A stretch of DNA of 64,000 nt from an uncultured bacterium (GTDB taxonomy: Bacteria; Verrucomicrobiota; Verrucomicrobiia; Limisphaerales; UBA8199): assembly GCA_963749495.1 (NCBI GenBank), contig CAVVMW010000023.1:64001-128000 (forward strand), in the 5' to 3' direction. The position numbers and the translations under genes were made by a program. Shown here one piece after another: positions 22,739 through 31,580 of the stretch (positions within the stretch are counted from its first letter, which is position 1; every line of letters begins with the position of its first letter). Below the pieces are notes generated by a model. It did no database searches. It saw nothing but the letters and a program-made list of their open reading frames with translations, and was not told the origin of the DNA.

Positions 22739-23641
22739 TTATTTAACCTTGTCCAGCACCAGCACCCCGAGGAGCAGGGGCAGGTAGAGGATCGAAGCGA
22801 AGAACAATTGCCTCGCCTTGGAAATTGTCAAGCAACGCGCGAATTGCGCGGCGAACCAGGCCAGGCCCAGGCCCAGGAACAGGGCGCCCGCCAGGTAGAA
22901 CGGCCCCGCCATGCCAAACAGGAACGGGCAGAGACTCACCGGCACCAGGGCGGCGGCATGGAGGAGGGCCTGCCGCCCCGTGCGGCAACCGGCTGGGTCC
23001 AGGACCGGGAGCATTTTGAAGCCGGCGCGGGCGTATTCGTCGCGGTAGATCCAGGCGATCGCCATGAAGTGGGGCATTTGCCACAGGGCCTGGATGGCAA
23101 ACAAGGCAAGACCGCCGCGCGTGACCGTTCCGCAGGCGGCGGTCCAGCCAATCAGCGGCGGCAGGGCGCCCGCCACAGCGCCGACCGCCGTGTTGAGCCA
23201 CGTCAGGCGCTTGAGCGGCGTGTAGATGAAGAGGTAAGTGACGAGCGTGATGGCCCCGACCACACCGGCGGTGAGATTGACCGCCTGGGCCAGGCAAATC
23301 ACTCCCAGGCAGGCGCAGGCGCAGCCGATGCCCAGGACGGTGCGGGGTTGCACGCGGCCCGAAGGCAGCGGCCGCTCGCGGGTGCGGCGCATCCGGGCGT
23401 CGTATTCCCGCTCGATGAGTTGGTTGAGCGCCGAGCCGCCTGTGGCCACCAGGGCCATGCCCAGCAACGCGCGCAGCAGGAGCAGACCGTCCATCGGGCC
23501 GCGAAGCCCCGCGTAAAATCCTGCCAGCATCGTCAGCAACACCAGGCAGGTGAGCCGGGCCTTGAAGAGCTCCGCACAGACCGCCAGCCAGCCCTTCTCC
23601 ACCGCAATGGCCTGTATCAGTGTGGGTGCAGTGGCTTTCAT
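22739..23641 (-). CDS. ctaB: Protoheme IX farnesyltransferase (heme O synthase)
   Basis: NQLIEREYDARMRRTRERPLPSGR, YTPLKR, WQMPHF..YRDEYARAG; ATGA overlap with ctaA. Confidence 0.95.
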   Translation of the reverse strand: MKATAPTLIQAIAVEKGWLAVCAELFKARLTCLVLLTMLAGFYAGLRGPMDGLLLLRALLGMALVATGGSALNQLIEREYDARMRRTRERPLPSGRVQPRTVLGIGCACACLGVICLAQAVNLTAGVVGAITLVTYLFIYTPLKRLTWLNTAVGAVAGALPPLIGWTAACGTVTRGGLALFAIQALWQMPHFMAIAWIYRDEYARAGFKMLPVLDPAGCRTGRQALLHAAALVPVSLCPFLFGMAGPFYLAGALFLGLGLAWFAAQFARCLTISKARQLFFASILYLPLLLGVLVLDKVK

Positions 23642-24902
23642 GTCGGTGCGGCGGAGGAGAGGAAGCGTGAAACCTGAAACGTGAAACCCATCAGACAGAG
23701 CATTGCTCCCAGGGCGAGCGAGAGCGCGCCGACCACGACGTGCGCGGTCGCAATGTCGGCGGCTTTGTCGGACCAGATCGTTGCCGCGCCCAGCAGCACT
23801 TGCGTGAGGACCAGCCCCACCCAACTCAGCGCCAGCCGGCTCAGCACGCTCCGGGCGCCAAAGCGCAGGCGGACCGACCACGCGCTCGCCGACACGCCCG
23901 CGAGGATCAGCAGCGCCACAATCCGGTGCGCCATCTGCAAGCCAATCTGGAATGCCGTAATCGGATTCACGAACACCGTCTCCAGCCGGTGCTGGTTATA
24001 GAGAGCGACTGAGGCCGGGTCCATGGGCGGCCACAGCTTCCCGTAGGCCAACGGCAAATCCGGAATAGCCAGCCCGGCATGTTGATGCCGCATCGTCGCG
24101 CCCAGGACGAGCTGGGCCAGGATCAGCAGCGCGGTGGCCGGAAGCAGAGAAACGGAGAGCCGTGAGGGAAAGCCAGAGACAGGGTATCGAATGTGGAGGG
24201 ACGCCGGCCTGCGCTTGACGCCCTCGCCCCTCGTCCCTCGCCCCTCGCCCCACCAGCGGCTGGTGAACAGTGCCAGGGCGCAGATCAGCACGAAAAAGAC
24301 CTGGCCCAGCGTCGCGTGAAAAATGCCGAGCTGGTCCTTGAAGAGCACGACTCGCAGCCCGCCCAGAAGGCCTTGCAGCACGACGCCCAGGAACGCGGCC
24401 AGGCCCAGCCGCCGCAGCCATCTCGGGCAGGCTCACATCGCGGCCAGGCAAGGCTCGAGCCCAGCAGCGCCGCGCCCGAAATGCCCAACACCAGCCCATC
24501 GCTCCAGCGCCGCGGCCAGCCGATCACCATCACAAGCGCCCCAGCCACCAGAACCGCCCCCAGCCAACGCATCAAGGGCCGCGCCTTCCTGCCGTAAAGC
24601 CACAGGGCGAGGATGCTGGTCAGCAGACCGACCATCGAGGCCAGCAGGCGATGGGTGTGCTCGTAGTAGATCCCGCCGACCCACTGTGAGACCGGAAAGA
24701 AAAACATGTTGTACCCGTAGGTGTTCGGCCAATCAGGAACGGCCATGCCGGCGCCGTGGCTGGTGACCAGCCCGCCCAGGGCGAGCAACCCCAGCGTGGC
24801 CAACGCCGTCAGCAGCGCAAACGCTGAGAGGCGGGAGTTGGGAGAATATTGAGAATGAGTCTCAATGAAACTCCGAAACATCTCCAACCTCCGGTTGCGC
24901 AT
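23638..24902 (-). CDS. ctaA: Heme A synthase (COX15/CtaA); frameshift ~24425
   Basis: [51 protein letters not shown]. Confidence 0.88.
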
Positions 24903-24919
24903 GGGGACGGGGCGTGCGA

Positions 24920-25638
24920 TTACTTGATTTCCAGCCTGAAATCAACCTTGGCCGGTGCGCCCTCTTTGACTTCGATTTCCTGGGTGGCGGGGCAGGCCTT
25001 GCGGTGGGCGGCCTGGATGGTGTATTTGCCGGGCGGCACGTTCGCTATCTTGAAGGTGCCGTCCTTGGCGGAAACCGCGAAGTAGGGATGATCGAAAACG
25101 CTGACCCAGGCGAACATCCAGGCGTGTACGTCGCACTTGAATTTCAGGAACATCTCGGGCTTCGGAAAGCTGAAACCAGGTCCGGGGAGCCGGGGATCTG
25201 GGCCTCGTTCTTCACCGGGTTGCCCAAGCTCTCGGCCGGGTCCGTGTGGACATTGTGCATGACCGGGTCCGAGTTTTTGACCTGGATCTTCTGGCCGGTT
25301 TGGACCGCCAGGATCTGCGGGACGTAGAGACAGTTCTTCTGATCCAGGACAACGGGCTTGGCCGTGGCGCCGGTGGACTTGCCGCTCACGCCTTGAAGGG
25401 AAACCACAACGTCGGCCAGCTCCCCTTTGGGGCCGACAACAAAGAACCGGGTGGTCGGAGTATCCGCCCGCAAATTCTTGCAGTTCACATCGTCTTTGTA
25501 AGGAGTGATTACCTTTTCTTTAGGGGGTGTGCCCTTGAGGGTGACGGTTCCCAGGACGTCTGCGGCCGGGGCGGCGCCGGCGGCCAGGATGAGGCCCGCC
25601 GCCAGAAGGAGGGTGCAGTTGTTTATAAGTTCGTTCAT
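24920..25638 (-). CDS. Exported cupredoxin-like / carboxypeptidase-regulatory-like protein heading the cox operon; frameshift ~25165
   Basis: Signal peptide; LDQKNCLYVP..NSDPVMHNVH in one frame and FKCDVHAWM..HPYFAVS..GTFKIANVPPGKY in the next. Confidence 0.8.
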
Positions 25639-25779
25639 CAATTGTCGAAAAACGGAGCAAGGTAGCACTCGACAAACGGGGGCGCAAGCGGGTTGAAGGT
25701 GAACTAACATTTGTTATTAGCATACATGATTGTAGAGCCGGCGCATTCCCGTGCGGTCACGCCGCCCGAGGGGGACGAG

Positions 25780-25853
25780 GAATGACGAATGACGAATGAC
25801 GAATGACGAATGACGAAGGACGAATGACGAAGGACGAATGACGAATGACGAAT
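25780..25853 (+). repeat. (GAATGAC)x~10 heptamer tract
   Basis: Seen directly, with two GAAGGAC variants. Confidence 0.95.
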
Positions 25854-26023
25854 GGGGCGCGTGAATGACAAGACGAGCGGCGAGGGGCGAGGGGGGAGGG
25901 CGTCCGGCGCGTCCGTCATCCCGGAGGTTTTGGAGTGCGCCAGTCCTCTGGCGTGATCAAATGGCGGCGGGCCAATACGGCTCATAGCCTTGAAGAGGTT
26001 TCATTGACTTTAATTGGATTTAA

Positions 26024-26058
26024 GTTTCACGTTTCACGTTTCACGTTTCACGTTTCAC
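26024..26058 (+). repeat. (GTTTCAC)x5 heptamer tract
   Basis: Seen directly; shorter reverse copies at ~23666-23687 and ~30007-30020. Confidence 0.92.
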
Positions 26059-26327
26059 TCGTCCTCCGTAGTCCCGAGCCTATCGGGACGGATGGTGGAC
26101 GTTCCACGTTTCCTCTCCTCGACGGCGAGGCATTTTGAGAATTCAGCGCCCAGGGTTCGGAGGGCCGGGTCGCCAGAGGCGAGGAGCTCGGAGAGGGATT
26201 GCTGCCCGGCTGCGTGGAGGATGCGGGCACGGAAGCCGGCTTGGGCTTGCCTGGCTTGGGCCTCGGCTTCGATGCGGTCAGCGCGGCGGCGGTCCAGTTG
26301 GAGGGATTGAAAGCTGGAATTTCTCAT
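26055..26327 (-). CDS. Hypothetical protein
   Basis: 90-aa helical-looking ORF (MRNSSFQSLQLDRRRADRIEAEAQARQ...); no family recognised. Confidence 0.4.
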   Translation of the reverse strand: MRNSSFQSLQLDRRRADRIEAEAQARQAQAGFRARILHAAGQQSLSELLASGDPALRTLGAEFSKCLAVEERKRGTSTIRPDRLGTTEDE

Positions 26328-26459
26328 GGACGCCACTATGCGCCGCCTCGACCGCTCCTGTCCACGGACAGAGCGGACTGTTCGGACAATGCGGAGTTTT
26401 TACGCTTGAGCCGGCTCTCGATGGGGTGGATTTAGGCCGCCCGCGAAGCGGCAATGGCG

Positions 26460-26612
26460 GGTCTTTGTGAATGTCCTCGCGCCGATCCCCACGATTCATC
26501 AGATGGTACAAGGCACCCCGAAACTGAATGCGTAGTTGGCGCGGCAGGGTCCCATTGTGGCTGCCCCGCCCGCGCTGTCACTCGAAAATGCACAATGTAA
26601 GGGCTTGACCCC
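26460..26612 (-). pseudogene. N-terminal stub of a REP-associated (Y1/HUH) tyrosine transposase with one GACCCC-type end
   Basis: Translates (L)PRQLRIQFRGALYHLMNRGDRREDI, the canonical RAYT N-terminus; end motif aaatgcacaatgtaagggcttgacccc at ~26586-26612. Confidence 0.8.
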
Positions 26613-26628
26613 TTTCCCCAAAGAAGTG

Positions 26629-26723
26629 AACCGCGGAACACGCGGAACACGCGAAAAAACCAAAGAGGCCCGCCACTTGGCGGGGCTTTTCATTTCCGCG
26701 TATTCCGCGTAGTCCGCGGTTTA
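26629..26723. repeat. Gene-less inverted nonamer module AACCGCGGAACACGCGGAACACGCG ... CGCGTATTCCGCGTAGTCCGCGGTT
   Basis: Three ~9-nt units per arm with AACCGC/GCGGTT termini and an internal hairpin. Confidence 0.85.
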
Positions 26724-26938
26724 TTTCCCGCCCTCGGCCCCGATGGTCCGGTCCACAACCTAGCCGGCCGTGACATCACCCGCGCAGCGTCAAAACCGCC
26801 GGCGCGGCAAAAACCAAATTCTTATCAGTTTCTGGAGCGAGCTGCTGGCCGACAACGCCGATCTCATCAACACCGACAACCTCGAAGGAGCGCAGACGTT
26901 CCTGATGAAAAAGTGAGGGTGGGCCTGGGGACGGATTT

Positions 26939-27483
26939 TTTAACCGCAAAGAACACAAAGAACGCAAAGAAGAGAGATTTCCGTTTCCTCTTTGCGTTCT
27001 CTGTCAGCGTTCTTTGCTGTTAAATAGACCGAAATCACTATGAAAGACATCAGAGCCTTAAGCGACCAAGTACGGCAGACGGCATACGCCATTCACGTGT
27101 ACCATGGGCACGGTCACCTGGAGAAAGTGTATGAGAACGCCCTGGCTCACCGGCTCAGCAAGGCGGGTCTGGCAGTCGAACAGCAGCACCCCATCAAGGT
27201 CTATGATGAGGATGGCACGCTCATTGGCGATTACCTTGCCAACCTGCTGGTGGAGGGTGAACTCATCGTAGAGCTGAAAGCGGTCAAGGCCCTGGCGAAC
27301 GAGCACGAAGCGCAAGTCCTGGGTTATTTGAAGTCCTCTCGCCTGGAGCACGGCCTCCTGATCAACTTCGGCTCTTACAAATTCGAAATCCGCAAGTTCG
27401 CCTTGAGCACGGGCGCCGCTCAGCCGCCAACCGGCCCACTGCTGTCCTTTCTCTCTGCGTTCTTTGCGTTCTTTGCGGTTAAA
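26939..27483. mobile_element. Putative GxxExxY cassette bounded by 32-bp inverted repeats built from CGCAAAGAA nonamers
   Basis: Left 26939-26970 TTTAACCGCAAAGAACACAAAGAACGCAAAGA matches the reverse complement of 27452-27483 at 30/32 positions. Mobility is inferred. Confidence 0.6.
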
Positions 27484-27486
27484 TAA
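27040..27486 (+). CDS. GxxExxY protein (PD-(D/E)XK nuclease-like family)
   Basis: GHLEKVYENAL (GxxExxY), IVELKAV, HEAQVLGYLK, GLLINFG. Confidence 0.92.
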   Translation: MKDIRALSDQVRQTAYAIHVYHGHGHLEKVYENALAHRLSKAGLAVEQQHPIKVYDEDGTLIGDYLANLLVEGELIVELKAVKALANEHEAQVLGYLKSSRLEHGLLINFGSYKFEIRKFALSTGAAQPPTGPLLSFLSAFFAFFAVK

Positions 27487-27538
27487 TTTCTGTCACACGC
27501 CCGCCTGACTCAAACCAAACCCATTGGTCAAACCCATT

Positions 27539-27931
27539 GGGGTCATGACTTGTCATTTGGACAATCGGTCCAAGATTGCGGCTATTTCTTCTCGCAGGCG
27601 GGGATCGGCTTGGAGGCGCCGGCCAAAGCGGGCGAGGGCTTTGCTCACTACGGCGTAGTCCAAACCGCCAGTTAACTCAAACCCATAACCGGGCCAGCGG
27701 CTGGCGCCAGGCCCACGCCAGCGGCGGCCGGTAGTCGGCGTAGCCGGGATACGAAAAAATGGAAATGGTCTGCGTCATCACGGAAGATGTCCTGCCGCTC
27801 ATTGCCGCGGGCGGTGACGTGATACCGGCCGCCCGTCCGTTCGATGCGCAACGCGCGTGCCATGGGCCAGTGGAATCATCCCGGAATCCCGGCGTCCAAT
27901 GCCAATTGTCCAAATGACAAGACATGACCCC
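27539..27931 (-). mobile_element. Internally deleted RAYT-type element (MITE-like) with 27-bp terminal inverted repeats
   Basis: GGGGTCATGACTTGTCATTTGGACAAT / ATTGTCCAAATGACAAGACATGACCCC (26/27 match). It encloses MARALRIERTGGRYHVTARGNERQDIFRDDAD, a SYPGYA fragment and a C-terminal GGLDYAVVSKALARF..LSK* fragment. Confidence 0.85.
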
Positions 27932-27945
27932 GATGGTTTGCGTCC

Positions 27946-28083
27946 GAGGGGCGAGGGGCGAGGGGCGAGGCAGTGCGGGCCGCCGTCATCCCGAAGGTTT
28001 TGGACTGCGCCAGTCCTCTGGCGCTTTTTGGACGCTGGGGACACAAAAGCGCCAGAGGACTGGCGCAGTCCAAAACCTTCGGG
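27946..28083. repeat. (GAGGGGC)n plus REP doublet family C (TTTTGGACTGCGCCAGTCCTCTGGCGCTTTT and inverse)
   Basis: Near-perfect inverted arms; family copies at 25881-25953 (half), 43939-44020 and 56320-56400. Confidence 0.9.
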
Positions 28084-28102
28084 CTTTGGGGTCAGTTCCT
28101 CG

Positions 28103-28600
28103 TCAGCGCAGTTGCCGCATGACGCGGGCCATGGCCAGGGCGGTTTGGGCGGCTTCGGCGCCGCGGTTGTGGGTCTTGCCCAGGCACCGGGCGCGGGCCT
28201 GCTCCTCGTTTTCCAGGAGCAGGACCTCGTGGATGACGGGGACGAAGTATCGAAGTTGGATAGCCATGAGGGCGCGGCTGACGGCCTCGCCGATGTGGGC
28301 GGCATGGACGGTTTGGCCGCGCAGGATGACGCCCAGGCAGATGATGGCGGAGGGGGGCTCGCGGCGTGTCTGGCTGGGGACATCGGGGCGGGCGGCGCTG
28401 GCCAGGCGGGCGGCGATGATGGGGATCTCAAAGGCGCCGGGCACGCGGAAGACCTGGGTGCGCCGGGCGCCGGCGCGCCTCAGTTCGGCCCGGGCTGCCC
28501 GGAGCATGGCCTCGACATAGCGGCCGTTGTAGAGGGAGGCCACGATGGCAAAGGAGGCCTGGCCGGCCCGAATGGACTTGGGTTGGACGGGGGTCAACAT
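28103..28600 (-). CDS. ribH: 6,7-dimethyl-8-ribityllumazine synthase
   Basis: VPGAFEIP, ICLGVILRGQTVH, NRGAEAA; downstream of ribBA. Confidence 0.92.
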   Translation of the reverse strand: MLTPVQPKSIRAGQASFAIVASLYNGRYVEAMLRAARAELRRAGARRTQVFRVPGAFEIPIIAARLASAARPDVPSQTRREPPSAIICLGVILRGQTVHAAHIGEAVSRALMAIQLRYFVPVIHEVLLLENEEQARARCLGKTHNRGAEAAQTALAMARVMRQLR

Positions 28601-28637
28601 GGCCTCAGAGCGTGGCCGAGAAACTCCGATTGCGAAT

Positions 28638-28715
28638 CTTTGTCGCAGCCTTTGTCGCGACCCTTCTCGAAAAATGGTGAATCCGACAAAGGTTGCGACA
28701 AAGGCTGCGACAAAG
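28638..28715. repeat. Inverted 12-mer arrays (CCTTTGTCGCRR)n ... (YGCGACAAAGGY)n
   Basis: Seen directly; family copies at 54819-54937 and 63380-63522. Confidence 0.9.
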
Positions 28716-28747
28716 TTTTCATTCGGGCGAGTTTTTCGGAGGGCTTC

Positions 28748-29947
28748 TCAGAGCAGATGCCCAAGCTTCTCACGTTTGGTGCGCAGGTAGCGGGCGTTGT
28801 GCGGGTTGGGCTTTATCTTGATGGGCAGTTGTTCGACGATGGTCAGGCCGTAGCCTTCGAGGCCGACGATCTTGCGCGGGTTGTTGGTGAGCAGGCGGAT
28901 GGTCTTGAGGCCCAGGTCGGCCAGGATCTGGGCGCCGATGCCATATTCGCGGAGGTCCATGCCGAAGCCCAGTTTCCGGTTGGCCTCGACGGTATCGTAT
29001 CCTTGTTCCTGGAGCTTATAGGCCTTGATTTTGGGGCCCAGGCCGATGCCGCGCCCTTCCTGGCGCATATACACGATGACGCCGCAGCCGGCCTGGGCGA
29101 TCTGGCGCATGGCCTGGCGCAGTTGCGGGCCGCAATCGCAGCGGCGCGAACCGAAGACATCGCCGGTGAGGCACTCGCTGTGGACGCGCACCAGCACATC
29201 CGGCTTTGAGGCGGGATTGCCGCAGACCAGGGCCAGGTGGTGCTGGCCGTCGATCTTCGATTGATATAGGTAGAGATCGAAGTCGCCGTGCTCGGTGGGG
29301 AGTTTGACGATCTCCCGGCGCTCGACCAGTTTCTCGCGGGTGCTGCGGTAGTGGATGAGGTCGGCGATGGTGCAGATCTTGAGCCGGTGGTTCCGGGCGA
29401 AGCGGGTCAACTCGGGCAGGCGGGCCATCGAGCCGTCGTTGCTCATGATTTCGCAGATGACGCCGATGGGGCGGCAGCCGGCGAGCTTGACCAGGTCCAC
29501 CGCGGCCTCGGTATGGCCAGCGCGCTGGAGGACGCCCCCGGGTTGGGCGCGCAAGGGGAACATGTGTCCGGGCTGAATGAGGTCCTCGGGGCCGGAGGCC
29601 GGCTGAGCCATCATCCGGATGGTATGGGCGCGGTCGGCGGCGCTGATGCCCGTGGTGATGCCGCGGGCGGCGTCCACGCTGACCTGGAAATCGGTCTTGA
29701 AGGCCTCGCGGCTTTGGACGGCCATGCGCCCGATGCCGAGCTGTTGCAGGCGCTCGGAGGTGGTGGGCACGCAGATGAGACCGCGGGCGTGCTTGACCAT
29801 GAAATTGACGGCCGCCGGCGTGATAAACTGGCCGGCCATGATCAGATCGCCTTCGTTCTCGCGACTGGGGTCGTCCACCACGATCACCATTTTGCCCTGC
29901 CCCAAGTCCTCAGCCGCGGATTCCACAGAATCAAACCGTTGAACCAT
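28748..29947 (-). CDS. ribBA: Bifunctional DHBP synthase / GTP cyclohydrolase II
   Basis: DDPSRENEGDL, RAGHTEA, VRVHSECLTGDVFGSRRCDCG, RQEGRGIGL, LLTNNPRK. Confidence 0.97.
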   Translation of the reverse strand: MVQRFDSVESAAEDLGQGKMVIVVDDPSRENEGDLIMAGQFITPAAVNFMVKHARGLICVPTTSERLQQLGIGRMAVQSREAFKTDFQVSVDAARGITTGISAADRAHTIRMMAQPASGPEDLIQPGHMFPLRAQPGGVLQRAGHTEAAVDLVKLAGCRPIGVICEIMSNDGSMARLPELTRFARNHRLKICTIADLIHYRSTREKLVERREIVKLPTEHGDFDLYLYQSKIDGQHHLALVCGNPASKPDVLVRVHSECLTGDVFGSRRCDCGPQLRQAMRQIAQAGCGVIVYMRQEGRGIGLGPKIKAYKLQEQGYDTVEANRKLGFGMDLREYGIGAQILADLGLKTIRLLTNNPRKIVGLEGYGLTIVEQLPIKIKPNPHNARYLRTKREKLGHLL

Positions 29948-30037
29948 AACTCATGTCGTTGGGCCACAGGGTAGCGGGAGCCCTGCCGGTTGACAGCTAG
30001 AAAATGCGTGAAACGTGAAAGAGAGCGGGGGCCGTGG

Positions 30038-30083
30038 CTGTCCCTCTTGTCCCTTGTGTCGCTTTTGTCCCTTTTGTCCCTTG
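30038..30083 (+). repeat. Degenerate nonamer tract (TGTCCCTTT)x5
   Basis: tgtccctct tgtcccttg tgtcgcttt tgtcccttt tgtcccttg. Confidence 0.8.
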
Positions 30084-30096
30084 CGAGCGCTGCCCG

Positions 30097-31509
30097 CTAT
30101 CTGAGGAACAACAGCCAGATCAGCGCCAGCAGCGGTCCCATGCAGGGCACGGCATAGCAAAGGACAAATCCAAGGAACCCGGGGGTGCGCAGCTTGTGGT
30201 GGTCGGCGATGGCCTTGACCATGAGATTGGGCCCGTTGCCGATATAGGTGTTGGCGCCGAAAAAGACAGTGCCCAGGCTGATGGCCAGCAGGTAGGAACT
30301 GAGCGAGTCGTTGGCCAGCAGGAAGGCGGTCTGGATCTCGTTTGGGCCGACCTGGCTCGAGGCCAAGGCGGAGCCGTGGCAGTGCTGCAGGGCCTGAAAG
30401 GTGAGCCAAATCGGGCCGTCGTGGGGCCCGGCGGCACCGTGGCTCTGAATCAGGGCCTGCACCTGGCCCACTGTCTCGGGGCCGACGAACAGGCCGAAGG
30501 CGGCGCTGAGGAAACCCAGGTAAGCCGGGGCACTGTCCAGCAGGCTGGAGAGCAACCCGCTGGCCCAGTAAAAGGAGGCCGGGCTGGGCCTGCCCAGGCG
30601 CCCGGCATGGGTCTGCAGCCAATCCAGGGCCGGCATCATGGTGGCGAAGATGCCCGCGAACAGGATAGCCACTTCGATGAGGGGCTGCAGGCTGAATTGG
30701 TTGGCCTCGTGCACCGGTTTTCTCGTGGTGACGAAGGACGCCCCGGCGGCCAGGAGCATCAGCGTTTCACGGAGGTAAATGGGGTGGTTGATGAAGACAG
30801 TGCCCAGGATGACGAGCAGCCAGAGCATGTTGCCCAAGCCCTGGAAACGCCACTGCTCCGGCGGGCGCGTCTGTTCGGCCTGGACCGCCCGGGGAGCGCG
30901 GCGGTAATTCAGACTGTCCACCAGGTAAAACGCCCCGAGCAGAAAGGCCACCGCCACCGCCCACATCGGCCAGCAATGCTCGGCCACCCACCAGAAGGGA
31001 ATCCCCTGGAGATAGCCCAGAAACAATGGCGGGTCCCCAACGGGCGTCAGGCAGCCACCCACGTTCGACACGATGAAGATAAAGAACACGACGTGGTGCG
31101 CGGCGGCGCGGTATTGGTTCATCCGGAGCCAGGGCCGGATGAGCAGCATCGAGGCCCCGGTGGTGCCCAGCACGTTGGCAATAACGGCCCCCACAAACAG
31201 GAAGAGCGTGTTCAGGGACGGCGTTGCCTCGCCCTTGACGTTGATGTGAATGCCGCCGGCCACCACGAAGAGCGAGCCAATCAACACGATGAAACTGAAA
31301 TAGTCGTGCCCGGCCTGCTGCACCCGCCCGAAGGCCTGCAGGACCAACAGGTAATAGCCCGCCGTGACGCCCGCCAGCACCGCCGCTACCTTGGGATAGT
31401 GCCGGGCCCACCAACGGGGCCGAACCACCGGCCCCGCCGCGATGCAGGCCAGCATCAGCCCAAACGGCAGAATCATCCACGGGTTTGGTTCCAGGGAATG
31501 ATCGCCCAT
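30097..31509 (-). CDS. Sodium:proton antiporter / CitMHS-like ion transporter
   Basis: GTTGASMLLIRP, VSNVGGCLTPVGDPPLFLG, GANTYIGNGPNLMVKAIA; many TM helices. Confidence 0.88.
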   Translation of the reverse strand: MGDHSLEPNPWMILPFGLMLACIAAGPVVRPRWWARHYPKVAAVLAGVTAGYYLLVLQAFGRVQQAGHDYFSFIVLIGSLFVVAGGIHINVKGEATPSLNTLFLFVGAVIANVLGTTGASMLLIRPWLRMNQYRAAAHHVVFFIFIVSNVGGCLTPVGDPPLFLGYLQGIPFWWVAEHCWPMWAVAVAFLLGAFYLVDSLNYRRAPRAVQAEQTRPPEQWRFQGLGNMLWLLVILGTVFINHPIYLRETLMLLAAGASFVTTRKPVHEANQFSLQPLIEVAILFAGIFATMMPALDWLQTHAGRLGRPSPASFYWASGLLSSLLDSAPAYLGFLSAAFGLFVGPETVGQVQALIQSHGAAGPHDGPIWLTFQALQHCHGSALASSQVGPNEIQTAFLLANDSLSSYLLAISLGTVFFGANTYIGNGPNLMVKAIADHHKLRTPGFLGFVLCYAVPCMGPLLALIWLLFLR

Positions 31510-31580
31510 CCCGCTCACACTAGCGGCCCTCCTCGGCGCGTCAAACAGAATTGGACCCCCGTCCCCCAGGCAGGCGTAAC

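Noticed and set aside
29950..30095. FMN riboswitch upstream of ribBA
   Set aside because: The leader is short and occupied by heptamer and nonamer repeats; RFN consensus motifs were not found.
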